Assembly: GCA_003344405.1 (NCBI GenBank)
Contig: NOWV01000031.1
Span: 434,001-498,000 of the forward strand
DNA from: Trichoplax sp. H2
Taxonomy: Eukaryota
DNA: 64,000 nucleotides
Direction: 5' to 3'
Below, piece by piece: positions 25,721 through 39,740 of the stretch (positions are counted from its first letter, which is position 1; the number at the start of each line of letters is the position of its first letter). The notes under the pieces are model-generated. The model was not told the DNA's origin and ran no database searches. It was given only the letters and a program-made list of their open reading frames with translations. A program made the translations under genes and the position numbers.

Positions 25721-26822
25721 ATACTTAATAAATTATTTTTATAGCATATTGACTTGAAAAAGTAGCTTACAGTAAAATTTAAAATAAAATAGTTTCTATC
25801 TGGCCCAATTCGAACAATGTGGCGTAAAATGACCTTTCAATCAAAGATGAGTTTTTACTGAGCCTATTTACAATAGCGTAGGGTAAAATAAACCTTAAGT
25901 TAAGCATGAGTTTCTATCTAGCCTATTTTCATCAACGGAAAGCAAGTTCTATTTCTATTAATTTTAAGAAGATCCATCACTCACTTTAATTATTCTCTTT
26001 GAATAATCTAAATGCGTCTAGATAGTATCATAAATTATATTATTGTAATAAAACTGCTAATATCTTATCTTTTTTCCACGACAGAAATTTAATTTCCATA
26101 TTCATTTACTTTTGACATGATGCATCACTACCTATAATTAGATTCTAGCTCTACTAACTTGAAAAAGCGACTTGAATCCGAAATGATACTTTTCTTCCAA
26201 CTCATAATTAAGAACACGCCAAAAAACGTTCTATTAAAATTTTAAAGGAGCCAAATTCTAATAGACAAAAGCAACTTAAATACGCTGTTATAATTATATT
26301 TTCATATTTCTTTTTAAAGACAGTGCACAATAGTCACACCCATGCCTATGTGTTTATTCTTGTTCTATAGGAAAGGATTCACAGATTACATCAAATATCC
26401 TATTTATAGCAGTATTACTCTATGAATTAATTATCTATAGAGAAGTCATTAAATCTTGATATGCTAAGGATAGTAAATTGTAAAATAATCGGATAGAACT
26501 ATTCTTGCCATTTAGAAGAGATGACGTCTTAAAATTAAAACTCCTAAACTAATCAAGATTAACATCCAGTTTTGAACCACGAACCAGACGCATTTTTGAA
26601 TACAATGCTGTGATTACAGCAACACATCATAATGACTTATTTTATATTAATTTCATTTTTAGCAATTACGATATGAACCGGATTATCATTCGAAATACAT
26701 ACGTGAAAATACTATTATGACCTGGTATCATTAATTTCTGCTCATTGTTAGCCTTCAAATTAAATTCAAATCTAAGAGTGGCATGCAGTGATTAACGAAT
26801 GTCAGAAATAGTTCAATAACGG

Positions 26823-27372
26823 TGTCACAATTTCATTTCTGCGACAAGGTAACGTACAGTAAAAGTCTATAAGTAGCTACTGACTTAAACGCCCTTTTAC
26901 TTAACGTTAAACACACACAGCAAAAAACTGTAAAGATGAAGCTTTTATTAGCAAAGGTACATCTACAACTTTTTACCACCCTCTCAACTCAAATGTTCCC
27001 GTTTATATAGGAACCGTCTAATTTGTAAACAACAACAGTATTATTATTATACCTTGCTAGGAGAATCATCTCGAACTAAGATGCTCCTTACATAGCTTTT
27101 CTATCAGTAAATATTTTGAATCTCTTACTCATACTTAATCTTAATCTAAGCTCGTAGGTTGTCCAATTCAACTATCATCAACTAGAACTTGAATCATCCT
27201 ACTGCTATCTATCACACAATAACAATCAATATCAAATATGTAATGAACTATACAAACAACATCCACGTTAAGGCATTACTTATCTTACCTAGCACTACAA
27301 ATATGGATATTCTCCAAACTAGCTACTACTGTACTTATTAAACTATCCTAATGACAAGGCAACACCGTAACA
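26823..27372 (-). mobile_element. Solo-LTR-like element (550 bp), 5-bp TSD AACGG
   Basis: On the minus strand it reads TGTTAC...ATTGTGACA, with AACGG on both sides (26818-26822 and 27373-27377). Diverged inverted homolog of 19670-20263. Confidence 0.8.
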
Positions 27373-27535
27373 AACGGGAAATAAACTTATTACTGCTTTC
27401 ACTTAACCACAATTGAAACTATCTTTAGCTTTAAATAACTTTTGAATTTTGTTATATTATTTAGATCGAGTCGTTTATCATATTGGGCATCGTAAGGTGA
27501 CAATGTCTTCAGCAAATTTTATAATAGTTCTTGGC

Positions 27536-27712
27536 GTCTTCAACCTGAATATCTCTAGTTTCTGTTCATACAGGTAATTAATAAATAATGTCATATGAAA
27601 TTCAAGAATATGGAAGGGACTTGTTATCACTTTTGCACTAACATCTGCCATGACTTCACTTAATAGACCCAGGTATCTTCAACCTGGATATCTCTAGTTT
27701 CTGTTCGTGCCA
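27536..27712. repeat. Direct repeat of about 35 bp, 140 bp apart
   Basis: TCTTCAACCTG(A/G)ATATCTCTAGTTTCTGTTC at about 27537 and 27676. Confidence 0.75.
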
Positions 27713-29852
27713 ATGATTAATGCTTTCATTTAAATCTCAATATCTTTCATAAATCGTGATTCATAACACTCAGAGGAAAAATAAATAATATCCGGTACAA
27801 ATTGCTCAATAGACATCCGTAAAACAGCTCTTTAATAACTCTAGTACTTTATCGTAGCAACTTTATTAAGCAACTGAAACAAGAAACGCACATAACGAAT
27901 TTTATACTCAAGATAAATTACACTACGGTTATTTTAACGCATATATATAGAACCATAGAAACACAATAAACGTAGTTTTCTTATCTAATCAGAGAACAAT
28001 AGATAATTAATGATATTCCGTTATTATAGGGTGTCATAAAGTGACCTTTCCTACAAAATAATAATTTTATTTTCGTCAGATAACATACCACTATCTATGA
28101 GGTCATACATACTTTTAATAGATAACTGTATAGTTTTATAATATTATCTATAAACTTAAAATTAAGATTTATTTCAATAAACTGTAAATTGAATGATTTT
28201 TCAATTCAAAGTTTGGGTTCAGTCATGTCTAATAGAGACTGGCTGTGTTACTGTTCCTCCAGGCGATAGGAGATCGTCAGTATTTAGAGCTAAAGTGTAG
28301 GTAAATATCAGGGAGGACATACCTAACGGTAGACTCAAAGTGTGCAATTTCTATACTAGTTTAAATTTTTCACCGTTACAAATTTCGATTTGTAACATAT
28401 TTTGTGCACTCTGGTCGATTTAATATAACTTTGATACGGAAATAATTTGAAGAAAAACTGAATAACAATTTATTAACTGATAGAGATTATAAAGCCAAAC
28501 AAGCTCACTAATAAATAAAATTAGTAAGATTTAAATATAAGCGAAGAGAGACAAAGGTTAAGCTGAAGCAGCGAACAATCAAACAATCTTACAGAAAATC
28601 AACCATTTCATTCACAACTTATGGACCTAGCAGGCCTCAAACTGTAAATTAGTTCTTAAAAGTTATCATTCTCTGCTCTCTGCACCTAATTTTCTAATTC
28701 CATAGCCTTTCATAGGCTTCGTGTAGCTCTTGGCGATTTTTTAAAACTAGCATACGTAAAGCATCACGTTCAAAATTAGCTTGAACATTCGATTTGCACC
28801 ATTTACGAAAACAAAAATCACACATAGTTCCGAACGGAAACACTTTAAGGTTCGGTAACGAAACTTGAAAACAATAACAAACTAACCATGATATATTTCA
28901 AATTTTATTCCCAATACGTTTTTTAACTAACACACTGTACGAAAAATTAATCATTAGTTTTCAAACCAGCAAGATTTACCATTAATTAAAACAATAAGTT
29001 TAACATCATACTATATTTTCCCCCTTTTTGCTAGAGTTGCGGTTAAGGATGGTTAACCTATAGCTAAACCCTTGATATAAGTCTAACCCCTAGCAGACCG
29101 TATGGTTAATGGGATGAATATACGGCTATATTCTAATTTGTTCTGGCGATTAATTTACTACGGCAACGACACAGATATGCTGTCTGCAATTTACCAAATT
29201 TAAATCTCGAAATGTCATACTTAATATTTCATATTTTTACGAATTGAAGCGTATAAAATAATTTATTCATTACGAATTAGGCTATTAATTGATTAGCTGT
29301 ACTAGCCTTGATGAGAAATTTATTTGTATCTGAAACTTAGCAGTTTCCACTCCTCTTCGCTGACGCATTATCGTTTCCTTAAATTAGGTCATTAATTTGT
29401 TTTACTACCGTAGTTTTGATGAGTATACCCAGCTCTTTCTGCTCCTCTTTGTAGATTTAAAATCGTTCTATTAACATATAATAATGAGATTTTTGTTAGT
29501 TTAGCAGATGCAGTTTCCAAGAATAAACTCAATAGGGCTAGCAGTAAAACATTCTGTGTGATTTTAATAAAGTATTAACGTAAGCATAAAATTATCAATA
29601 CTTAAGTAAGTAGAAGAGCGCTACAGATAAAATAGTTGCCTAAGGGCATTTAGCTGATGTTATCACCAGCTGTGAATTTTCGGCTAATATCTTATTTGTA
29701 AGATTGTTAATGTGTTCGTTCATATTTATGATATATCGTTGTTAAACCGTTACCTTTGTTCAACTGTATGGCAATATGGTAATTTTAGTGAAGTTTGTTC
29801 AATACTCTAACTTTACTAGACTCGCCTGGAGATTTCTAGTACATCTTCTTTG

Positions 29853-32800
29853 TTACAAATTTAAATCAGAAGAAATTCGAAAATGAGATACATCTCTCTC
29901 AACAATTTGATTCAATTTCTCTCTCATTTCGGCATTGATTTTCAGTAAGTAATTCATTTGATTAGCTAATGCTTCAATTCTACGATAATAAAGAAAAAAA
30001 TTGAAAATCATTCGATTATTCTAAATTAGAATTAAATAGTCTTGTATATCTAAGCTACTAAGATAGAGTACACTATTTTTTCCCTTATAAGCTGAGTGAA
30101 TATTGACATTATGATAAATTCTTTAAAGATTTCTGTCAGTATTACCCTTTTTCTTGATTGGATACAGTTTCTTGCAACTCATGATATCCGTTATCTACTA
30201 TAACGGATTTTTCTAAATTGGTCCCGTGCTGCGTGAAATGTTTTTGAAGCTAAAGGAAATAAATTTTTATTGAATGCCTTGACATTTCCGTTAAATTTTA
30301 CCGACGGTACAAACTACTTCTGAAGATAGACTGCTGCATTTAATAAATCAACGCATTTTCTTATATGATGATGCAGACTAAATACTGAGACGATAATTAA
30401 GCGTTACATTAAATTTTGCTACCGTAAATTGTATATCGTAGCTGTAATTGAAATTTTTATTTGACAATTAATACATAGGTCATTTGCGAAAATAGTGCAA
30501 TCTAACAGCACAATTAATTGCGATTAGAGTGCTAGTTGACATTAAATCACCGTAAATATGACTACATATTGTAATTCGACTACCTAAAACTACTGTTAGA
30601 TATCATATTTATAAATATTGCTGTACTTACTAGGTAACTTACTGCTTAAATTTATGCGAAAACTATTGATACTACGATATGTAGCGACTTCAGGAAAGTA
30701 ATGTATTTCAAGTTTCGTAGGGGGCAAGAAGATACTATCATTTCCACAATTTTCCATGGTGTAAAGTAAAGGTGTCTTCAGTTACTGCCAGATTTACAAG
30801 ATTAAGGAGATCTTTGATTCCTCAAAATCTTGTAAACTCAAAAATTTGTTTCTGCGATACTTTTGTTACAAAAGTGCTTTATAATAGCATTAAACTGGTA
30901 ACTAAAATGTCTTAAAAATAAAATTCTATATAACATAATTTAATGCGAATCAAACTATCAACTACAGACTTATACATAGCATCAAAGTAGATGAAAATAA
31001 TAGCCAATACTGACTCGAGTAAGCAATCCTAGCTGTCGTTTTTCCTCCTTGCGGGTGTAATATTTATTCCTTAATGCATAAGGCAATGTTCTTTCAACTT
31101 GGTCGATAAATTCAACTTGAATTCTTAAACGGCTAAGAACGGCATTCCTTTCAATTTTATCGATATCACCAACGGCTAAACCAACCTATGTTGGCAAAGT
31201 AAAATGCCAACTGTAATTATCTATACATTTTTGCATAAGCCATCGTACACATTTTGCTTACCATCAGGTTCATTGCTGCGATAGGCATGACGACAGAAAA
31301 GATAACTAGAAGGATTAGCGTAAGAATATTAAAGGGGGCCTGTATTGTTTTGTTATAGATGGGATCAAAGAAGACATCCTTGTAGTCTAATTCTCCAAGC
31401 ATCATGTCGAAAACTTTGAGGAAAGAATATGCTACAGTGCTGAAATATTTCTGTCGTAGAAGCCAAAGAGGTCGATTAGTTACATGGAATGGATTACAGC
31501 TTGTAGCTTACTCAAATGGTTAATCTTTTTGTTTTCTATTATAAATGAACGCATTAATTTACCTCATGACCCATCATAACATAAAAGCTGAGACCAAATG
31601 CAACGATAAGGAATGCTAGCATTAGACCGACCTGGCGATAATTAGAAAATTTGCATAAATAGAATACTTAGTTAAGAGAATGTAGATTATAATAATATGC
31701 TTTTTATCAGTATAAAATTAATCCTTAATAGATTATTTTTTGAGGTTCATTAAATACTGCAGAATCAAAACAATATCGATATTTTATCATTTTACCTTAG
31801 CAATAGTAAGCAAAACTGATCGAAGCATGGCAACATAAATACCAAAAGTAGGCAACCTAGGTCCAATAAAATATTGAATTAACACTTTAATTTTGATTAC
31901 CATCTTTATAGACACATATTATAATGAAATCTCGCTATATTAGTCTAGGAATATTACAGCATTATAATTTAAAGGTATTAACAGTATTTAATCATCTATT
32001 TTTCAGATATTCATTATTCCATATATATAGCCATTATCATTATAAAAACAGATTCTACTTTTTGTCGTTAATTACTAAAAAGTAGATATAGATATTGTTC
32101 TACTAGATCTTTAACAAGATTGCTATCATGCTTAGATTAAGAATAAATAGTATTTAAATATTTCTCACGTCATAGTACCGTAATGGTAAGATAAAATAAA
32201 TTTCGACTGTAAACAATTTTGATCTATTTACATTTACGAAAATATGCTATTTCTTTGACAGAATCTATCATTTCAATATTTACCGTTGAAGAAAAACTAC
32301 TAAATTGCACCAGGTTAGGCAGATATTAATGCTGCCTAACGCCCATTGATCGGTGCTAGGCTCATATCCAGGTGGAACAGAAAAGGTGATAGCAGAAATA
32401 TACATAAATAATTCAATGTAATTGGTATAGTATAGGAAGTAGGACAATCCCTGCCAAGTAAAATGAAAAATTAAAGTTAATCAAATCTAACTTTTTGATA
32501 TTTTTTCATGACGGTAGAATAAAATTTAGAGAACGTTGCCAGCGATTACAAATAAGCATATATCTATGCGCTGACTATTATCAGTCAATCAGTAATTTAC
32601 TCTCTTCAATTAGATTCCTCGCCAGTACAAATTCCTTAGGTAAAAATATGAGTAATGAATTAAGCATGCATATACCTGACGCAACATTTGGAGGATTTCC
32701 GTTCCTAAATTAATCACACTAGCGGCAAGGATAATCAGTTGAGTAATGAACAAGTCCGGCCGTGAAGACTAAAGCAATGTTACGAGATAACATGATTCAC

Positions 32801-35800
32801 TGATAGCAATATTTATAATGTAATCCATTTCATATTTAATTAATCTTAATAAATTAGCTTTGATCAAGGCAAGATGCCAATAAAAATTATAAAAAATCGT
32901 CTAAATAGTCTGAAGCAATGAACGTACGACTGTATAATAATAGTCAGTCTTTGTCTGATTTTCGCTTGTATAGGTATATGGAGTGAAACCAGAAATGTTT
33001 GTCTCATAAAAACTAGATGAAACAATATTGCCAGGTGGACGTAGAGCGACAGTATAGTAGGTTAAAGCAGCCACAAATAAGAGATAAAGAATCAGATTGC
33101 CAAAATAAAGTGGAATACCAAATGTACGCCTATGCATTGGGACAGAATAAAATAAAATAATACAGAATAGTTCCATTATAAGGACTAAAACTTACAAAAG
33201 CCTTTCTTAAAATATTTAAACCGATTTTACAAAGTTTATCCTTAAAACTAACATCGAGATCCAATACAGTTGGACCTTGTCATTACTTAACTCTACTTGC
33301 AATTTACAAGAGTTCTGGCACGAAATTAGCTGAGAACTACTACTGCGACTACAAACCATTTAGCATCAAGTAAAGCCTGAGATAATTCATGGAGCAGTAA
33401 TTCTGTTCTTTCGTGTTTAAGCATAGTCTATTTATCGATAATTGTAGATAAATAAGGGCTTAATGTCAAACAGAACATATTGGTGTCTAAATATTTAATC
33501 AACTATATTAGAAACCTTAAAATCAGATTTAGCAATATTCTTACCATTAATGCACTACATTTACATTGATTTTTTGAGCTCTCTCTTAAACGCATTTCTA
33601 CCATGGGCCCAGGATCTAGTATTGAGTAGTCATATACAATCTAAAGAATGAGGTAAAAGATCGAGAAAAGTAAAACTAAAACAATCAAATAGCTTTGCAG
33701 CTAAAAATCAGTAATGACCTTCATCCCTACTAGATTGATTATTCCATTTCTTGTCAACTATGATTGCATTACATTATCATTCATTTATAAATCTTAGATA
33801 GTAAACACAAACAAGGAAAGAAGTACTCATCTATCTTTTGAAAACTCTTATAGCAATATTGAACTAAATTAATCCTATCGGTATTGTTTACAAATGTTTA
33901 TATCACAAGTGGGTTCGAATAAGGTTTCAACTTTAAGTAAATGGATTCGGATGATACTTTAAATCTATTTTAGCGATTTTAGCAATTTTAGTTGAAATTC
34001 TATATATAACAGACTCGTTATAAGATAATGTGATGCTGCACCGTTTGAACTGAGATATTATCATTACTATTATACTTTAATAACCCTATTTCTAAAATCA
34101 ACTCGTCAATACAAATTGGCAATCTCTCGTTAGACTTTGACTGGATTCGGCGAATAAATATAGAAAAACACAAACCGTTTTATCTATACTTTCACTGGTA
34201 CTACTTGCAATAGATAAGTCCATCACGCCCTGTCAGGGAACAAAAATAAGGATGAAATCGATCAAACAAAACAGTGTTGTCCGGATATAAATGACAAAAA
34301 TCTTACTTTTGCAACGGTTGGCAGTTTCTCAATTAAGTTTTGCATCACGGAAAACCCCTTATCATCAAATCGATTTAAAATCTCTCTGCTCCTAATAAGA
34401 TATACCGATACCATAGACAGTTAGGAAAAGCAGGATTAACTATTGAAAACTTTGAAAGATAACTAATAGGATTATCTTCAATTTATTTTTATTATAACAA
34501 TTTGTCTATTACTCTATGATTTAGCTACATACAGGAACATATTACCTCTTATGCTTAACAATTAATAGAGCAGCATCTTCGTGTCCACCTTCAATCGCTA
34601 GATCTAAGCAGGTCTTTCCTTTATTATTGCACATCGTTATATCGCTACCTCTTTCTAGTAATAATTTAACAACAGCACTTGATCCTTGACTGGCTGCTAA
34701 ATGTAGAGGTGATTCCTAAATTGGATCCATATCAAAACAAATTTGTTCACTATTGCCTGATACAGCAAAGTAATTGGTTCAAGAGCTATGTAACAGTTGA
34801 ATCCTTGTAATACTTAACAATTTGAAAACCAAGATAGATTGCTAGGTATTAGCCGATTTATACAGCATCAAAATCACATATCTTATTGCACAAATCTAAT
34901 CTTATAGCTAAACAATACTTCAAAAGTGCATAATATTACCAATCTAGAATTAATTCGATTGAGATCAGCTCCATTTTTCAGCAGCAATTTTCCTATTTGA
35001 GCAAAACCTTTAGATGCAGCATATTCTAAAGGTGTCATATAACTGCCGTCTCTGCAAACAATTATTATTTATGTTATTATGATAATATTAATGTAGCAGG
35101 TAATATTAAACTCTATCATAATCTATAGTATTTCAGTAATGCAAAATTTTACTATCCATTATATCTAGCAATCATTATTCCTGATGCAATAAAATTATTC
35201 ATTTTTTTACCTTTTCTCAACATCTGCACCGTACTTTAACAGCATTGCGGTGACATCTTCCGCATTATTTATAACTGCAAAATGTAAAGGAGTTCTTGAT
35301 TTCTCTCCCAAATAATTAACGGATGATAGGGAAGCTTCACATAAATACTCAGCTATAAGTAGATCGCCTTTCCTGTAAGACAAAAGGAGATGAATTTAAA
35401 ATCATTTTTTAATACCAGACAATAAAATAGTATTTCGATTTAAGATTATTGTATTATTTGCATCTTATGAAATCATTACTTATTGCATAGCAGACATCAA
35501 TCTCATATACGAGATATAACATATACCAGATAATATTGGCTGCAACAGCTGCTACATAAGATTGATTAAAACTATTAGATATTGTATAGTATACGGTATA
35601 GCAATTTGATATACATTAGAGAATATCCACTACGTTAGTATCAACAGATAACATAATGCCTCCCTAATATAGCTCTGTTCGATATCAAAATATAATATTG
35701 ATTTCATTAAACAACTTTGCAAGCAAATAACCCTGATAATCCAAACTATAATATCTAAATCTATACTGGTGAAGACTGTATTTTATACTAGATATTATAC

Positions 35801-38800
35801 CCACAAATACCCTGAAAACAGCTTCAACAATGTCCAAGTTAAGATGTTACTTAGCTAAACATTCGGAAAAGTTACCTATTTTAAACTGTTAAATGAAATT
35901 GGAATAACCATTTGACTTACACGCAAGCCATATGAAGTGGTATATTATCATCGTCATCGTGGCAGTCAACAATTGCACCGTTGCTAACTAGTAACTCAAC
36001 AATCTAATAAAGTAAACACATCAAATATCATTTGAGTCTTTCAAAAGTTTATAATTGGGATTTATACTATTGTACGGTATAGATTCTATTTCTGATATAA
36101 TATGAGCTAAAAGATTTCGTTAACCTGATGATTTCCACTTTGCACTGCATAATGCAAAGGTGTTTTTTCAAAGTTATCAGCTAAATTTAAAAATTTACCA
36201 GCATATATCTGCAAGTTTACGAGAAAAATTTTTCGGTTATAAAACGATCAAGTAACAAATGAGATGATAATTTAATCTATTAGCAAAATTATTCCATAAA
36301 TTGAGTAAGAATTATGTTTGATTTGTAACTTACTCGTAATAAGTGTTGAATTAATTGTAAATGACCATTTCGAACAGCGAGATGAAGACAAGTTCGCTGT
36401 ACTTCATCTACGGCAGAAATATCAGCATTATGTCGGAGTAAATAGTCGATCACTTTAATATGGCCTTTAGCTGCAGCATACATCAGCGCTGTTTTCTTAG
36501 TATAGTCAACGGCATCAATATCAGAACCCTATAATAGAACAATAAATATTACAGTCAGCATGAAATGACTCTTTTGAATAGGTTATACTAATTGTCATTT
36601 AGGATAAAATATGTAACCATAAATATACTAATCACTTTATTTAATTAAGTTCTTTTCATACTATTAAATTGATTATTCCAGAAGAAACAAGCAGGTAAAT
36701 ATTAATATTCTCCTTATAAACATTTATTTGTGAATTCAGCGCCTTAACTAATTTGGTTCGTGGCAAGATTATTTTGGACTAATAGAATGATTGAGCATAT
36801 ACAATCAAAATGGTGTAGGAAGTTAATCCAAAGTAGATATGCAAGGACAATTGGATAAACATTTTCTACTAGTGAATATACATATTTAGATGATTCTATG
36901 TAATATTACTAGATCGGCAAATGTTTAAGATTTACAATCGCTAATCTCAACTTAGGCTAAAACAAAAATATCTATTCTGTAATGCAATATAGAGATCAAT
37001 GCCAGATTAATCATTTTTCATAAAGAAAGGCTTAGCTAATTTTACCATACTTACAGAATCTACTAGTAATTCCATAATAGGTAAATGACCATATAAGCTT
37101 GCAAGGAAAAATGGTGTTCTGTACTGATAGTTGTTGATATTTATCGAAGCTCCTTTATCAACCAGCAATTTAGTAGCCTCATAGTAACCATTAGCTGCTG
37201 TAATATGTAAAGCGGTCCCTCCACCGTTCTATAGTGTCACGCAGAGACATTAATAAGATTACAATAACGATTCAAAAAGTAAATAAACAATTTTAAAATT
37301 TGCTAATTTATTTATGATAGAGGAAAGTATTGACAATTTCTGCATTTACGAGCAATGGCTAACAGAATACTTCTTAACAAAAGCAAAAGTAATTATTTTC
37401 ACTCTATCAGTTCTTTATACTAGAATAGAGTTGACATTCGTTCCATTCTCTAAGCAAATTTCCATTGCCTAGCAAAAAAAATAAGATTCGCAGATAGATT
37501 AAGGAGTTCGTAAAGTATTCGCACATTTTTAAGTAATGTATAGATATAATTTTACGTGATTAAAGCAGTAGTCACGATTAAATGATATAATATAATTGTA
37601 GGCAAACTTCAGCTTTTATTAATTTCTTTCTCTAGATACGAGTATAATTTTTCCTATTATCACCTTGATATGACCACCTTGTGCTGCGCGATGGAATGGC
37701 AGTTGCTTTTCGTTGTCTTCGCATTTAAGAAGATTAGTAGCAGATAATCCGTAGCTAGTGGAAGCTTTCAAGAATAATTCAATAACTTGCACATGACCTT
37801 TGGATGCCGCAGTATGGATTGGCATACTACCATCGATTGCGGGAGCTAACAAGTCACTATTATGTTTAAGCTATAAAAGCAAATATGCTAGCATTAAGAT
37901 TTACTTGATGAATCCTATATTACAACAAGATAAATCTTTACAAGGAATACTGTTATTAAAATTTTAATTTCAGCTCTTTCATTACTGAATGATTCTGACA
38001 TTACTAACATGAGCTAGTAAACAGTATAACTGTTAATTACTACTTATCAATGCCATGATCAAGCTAGTCAGCTTACAAGATGTTGACACACTTTAAGTTT
38101 TCCTCTCATAGCAGCTAGATGTAATGGTGTATTCAAATCATCATCCACGACGTTGACATCAAGTAGCTTATTCTCAGTAATATACTAACGTAAGCAATAC
38201 AATTTAGGCATCATCATTAATCTCTCAATATTTCAAAAAAGATTTAACATAGCGCCAAAATAAATTATTTGAACTGTTACCGTGATAGAAGCAATAATAC
38301 TAAAAATACAAGTAAATATGTATATTTTTATTAAGGTTGTAATATACTTATTAGTTACCTTACATATCTTTAAATGGCCTAGTTTACTGGCTTCATGAAG
38401 CAGAGTAGAACTTTGATCATCGATTAATTTAACTTCAGCACCGGCCTCATGCAAAACTAGAAAACTAGCCAAGCTGTTATATTTAACGGCCACAAATAAA
38501 GGTGTATTGCCATCATAACCTCGAATATTGACGTCTAGTGGTGGTACAACACAAACACAAAATGAATCTTAACTAGAAAAAAATCAAAGGTTAAATATGC
38601 ATAACTTCTCTATCTGAGTCAACTAAAGCGCCAATTACAGCAATTTTATCGCCACCGTTAATCATCCTATAAATTACGCATCTCAATTGCATTGAATTGT
38701 AGATTAGAAAAAACAGAATGAATGATGTAAAATCATATACCTGCACCACAAGAGATTAACGTCTTGACTACATCGACGCGATTACTACGCACAGCATAGT

Positions 38801-39740
38801 GCAATGGGGACAGCTGATGTTCATCTAAATTATTGCAAATATTTTTTTCATCTTGATGTGAAGCGAAATGATTTTCTACTGCAGTGATATCTCCAAACTT
38901 TGCAGCCTAAGCATGATAAAGTAATATCATCCAATACTAATTAAGAATAGAATGTAATCTATAACGACAGCTACGGTACTGCTTACAAATCAAACTATTA
39001 AATATCTTGACGAAGGAAAGCAGGGCGTTTACAAGCATAGCTATTGCTAATTAGTGTTACGATGATGAAATTATTAAATCGGTAGACGAGATCAAGTTAA
39101 TCCAATAAACTGAATTGCAACACTTCTTTTGGAGAAAATTCAATATTATATTAGTACTGTATACGAGTACCGTACTTACCCAAAAGAGATCTTTTAAATA
39201 TTCATTATCGGCACGGTTTATGCTATTGACTTGATCCTAAATAGTAAATATTAAAAAGAAAGCGTTATACAAGAGAGTCTTTTAGGCTTATAAACAACTT
39301 GAAACGTTCATGCTCATTAGGTACCAGTAGCAAAATATTGTCATTTGATAAGCTAGTTTTTGATTACTGACACTAAAGATAAAGTAAAATTTGAACCGCT
39401 TACGTAAACTATAAAAAATTTATAACTGAAAGATATGTGATAAGATTGTAATCAACTGAAAATAGCCAATTTTATAACTTAATACTAACATAAAAGTAAA
39501 ATTCCTGATTAAAAGAAAAGGGATACGATCGAAGCAACTGAAAATAGCCAATTTCATAATGGAATACAAACGTAAAAGTAAATCACAAGCTATGATGATG
39601 CATTTCGCTGACGCTTATTACAATAGCATTTCAACGAAGGTAATCTCGTTCATGATGCATCATTTAAATATCTTTACCAATTCTCTTATATCAATTTCCA
39701 GAGGCCGCTGAGATGTCAGTCGTCTGAGAAATAGATTCAT
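29853..39740 (-). CDS. TRPA1: TRPA1-like channel, copy 3 (27 coding exons, frame open, about 1,100 aa)
   Basis: Exon 1 39678-39740 (MNLFLRRLTSQRPLEIDIREL), ankyrin exons, S1 exon 32928-33129, pore exon 31262-31450 (FDMMLGELDYKD), VGLAVGDIDKIERNAVLSRL, last exon 29853-29979 ending SSDLNL*. No stop or frameshift found when spliced by hand. Confidence 0.92.
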
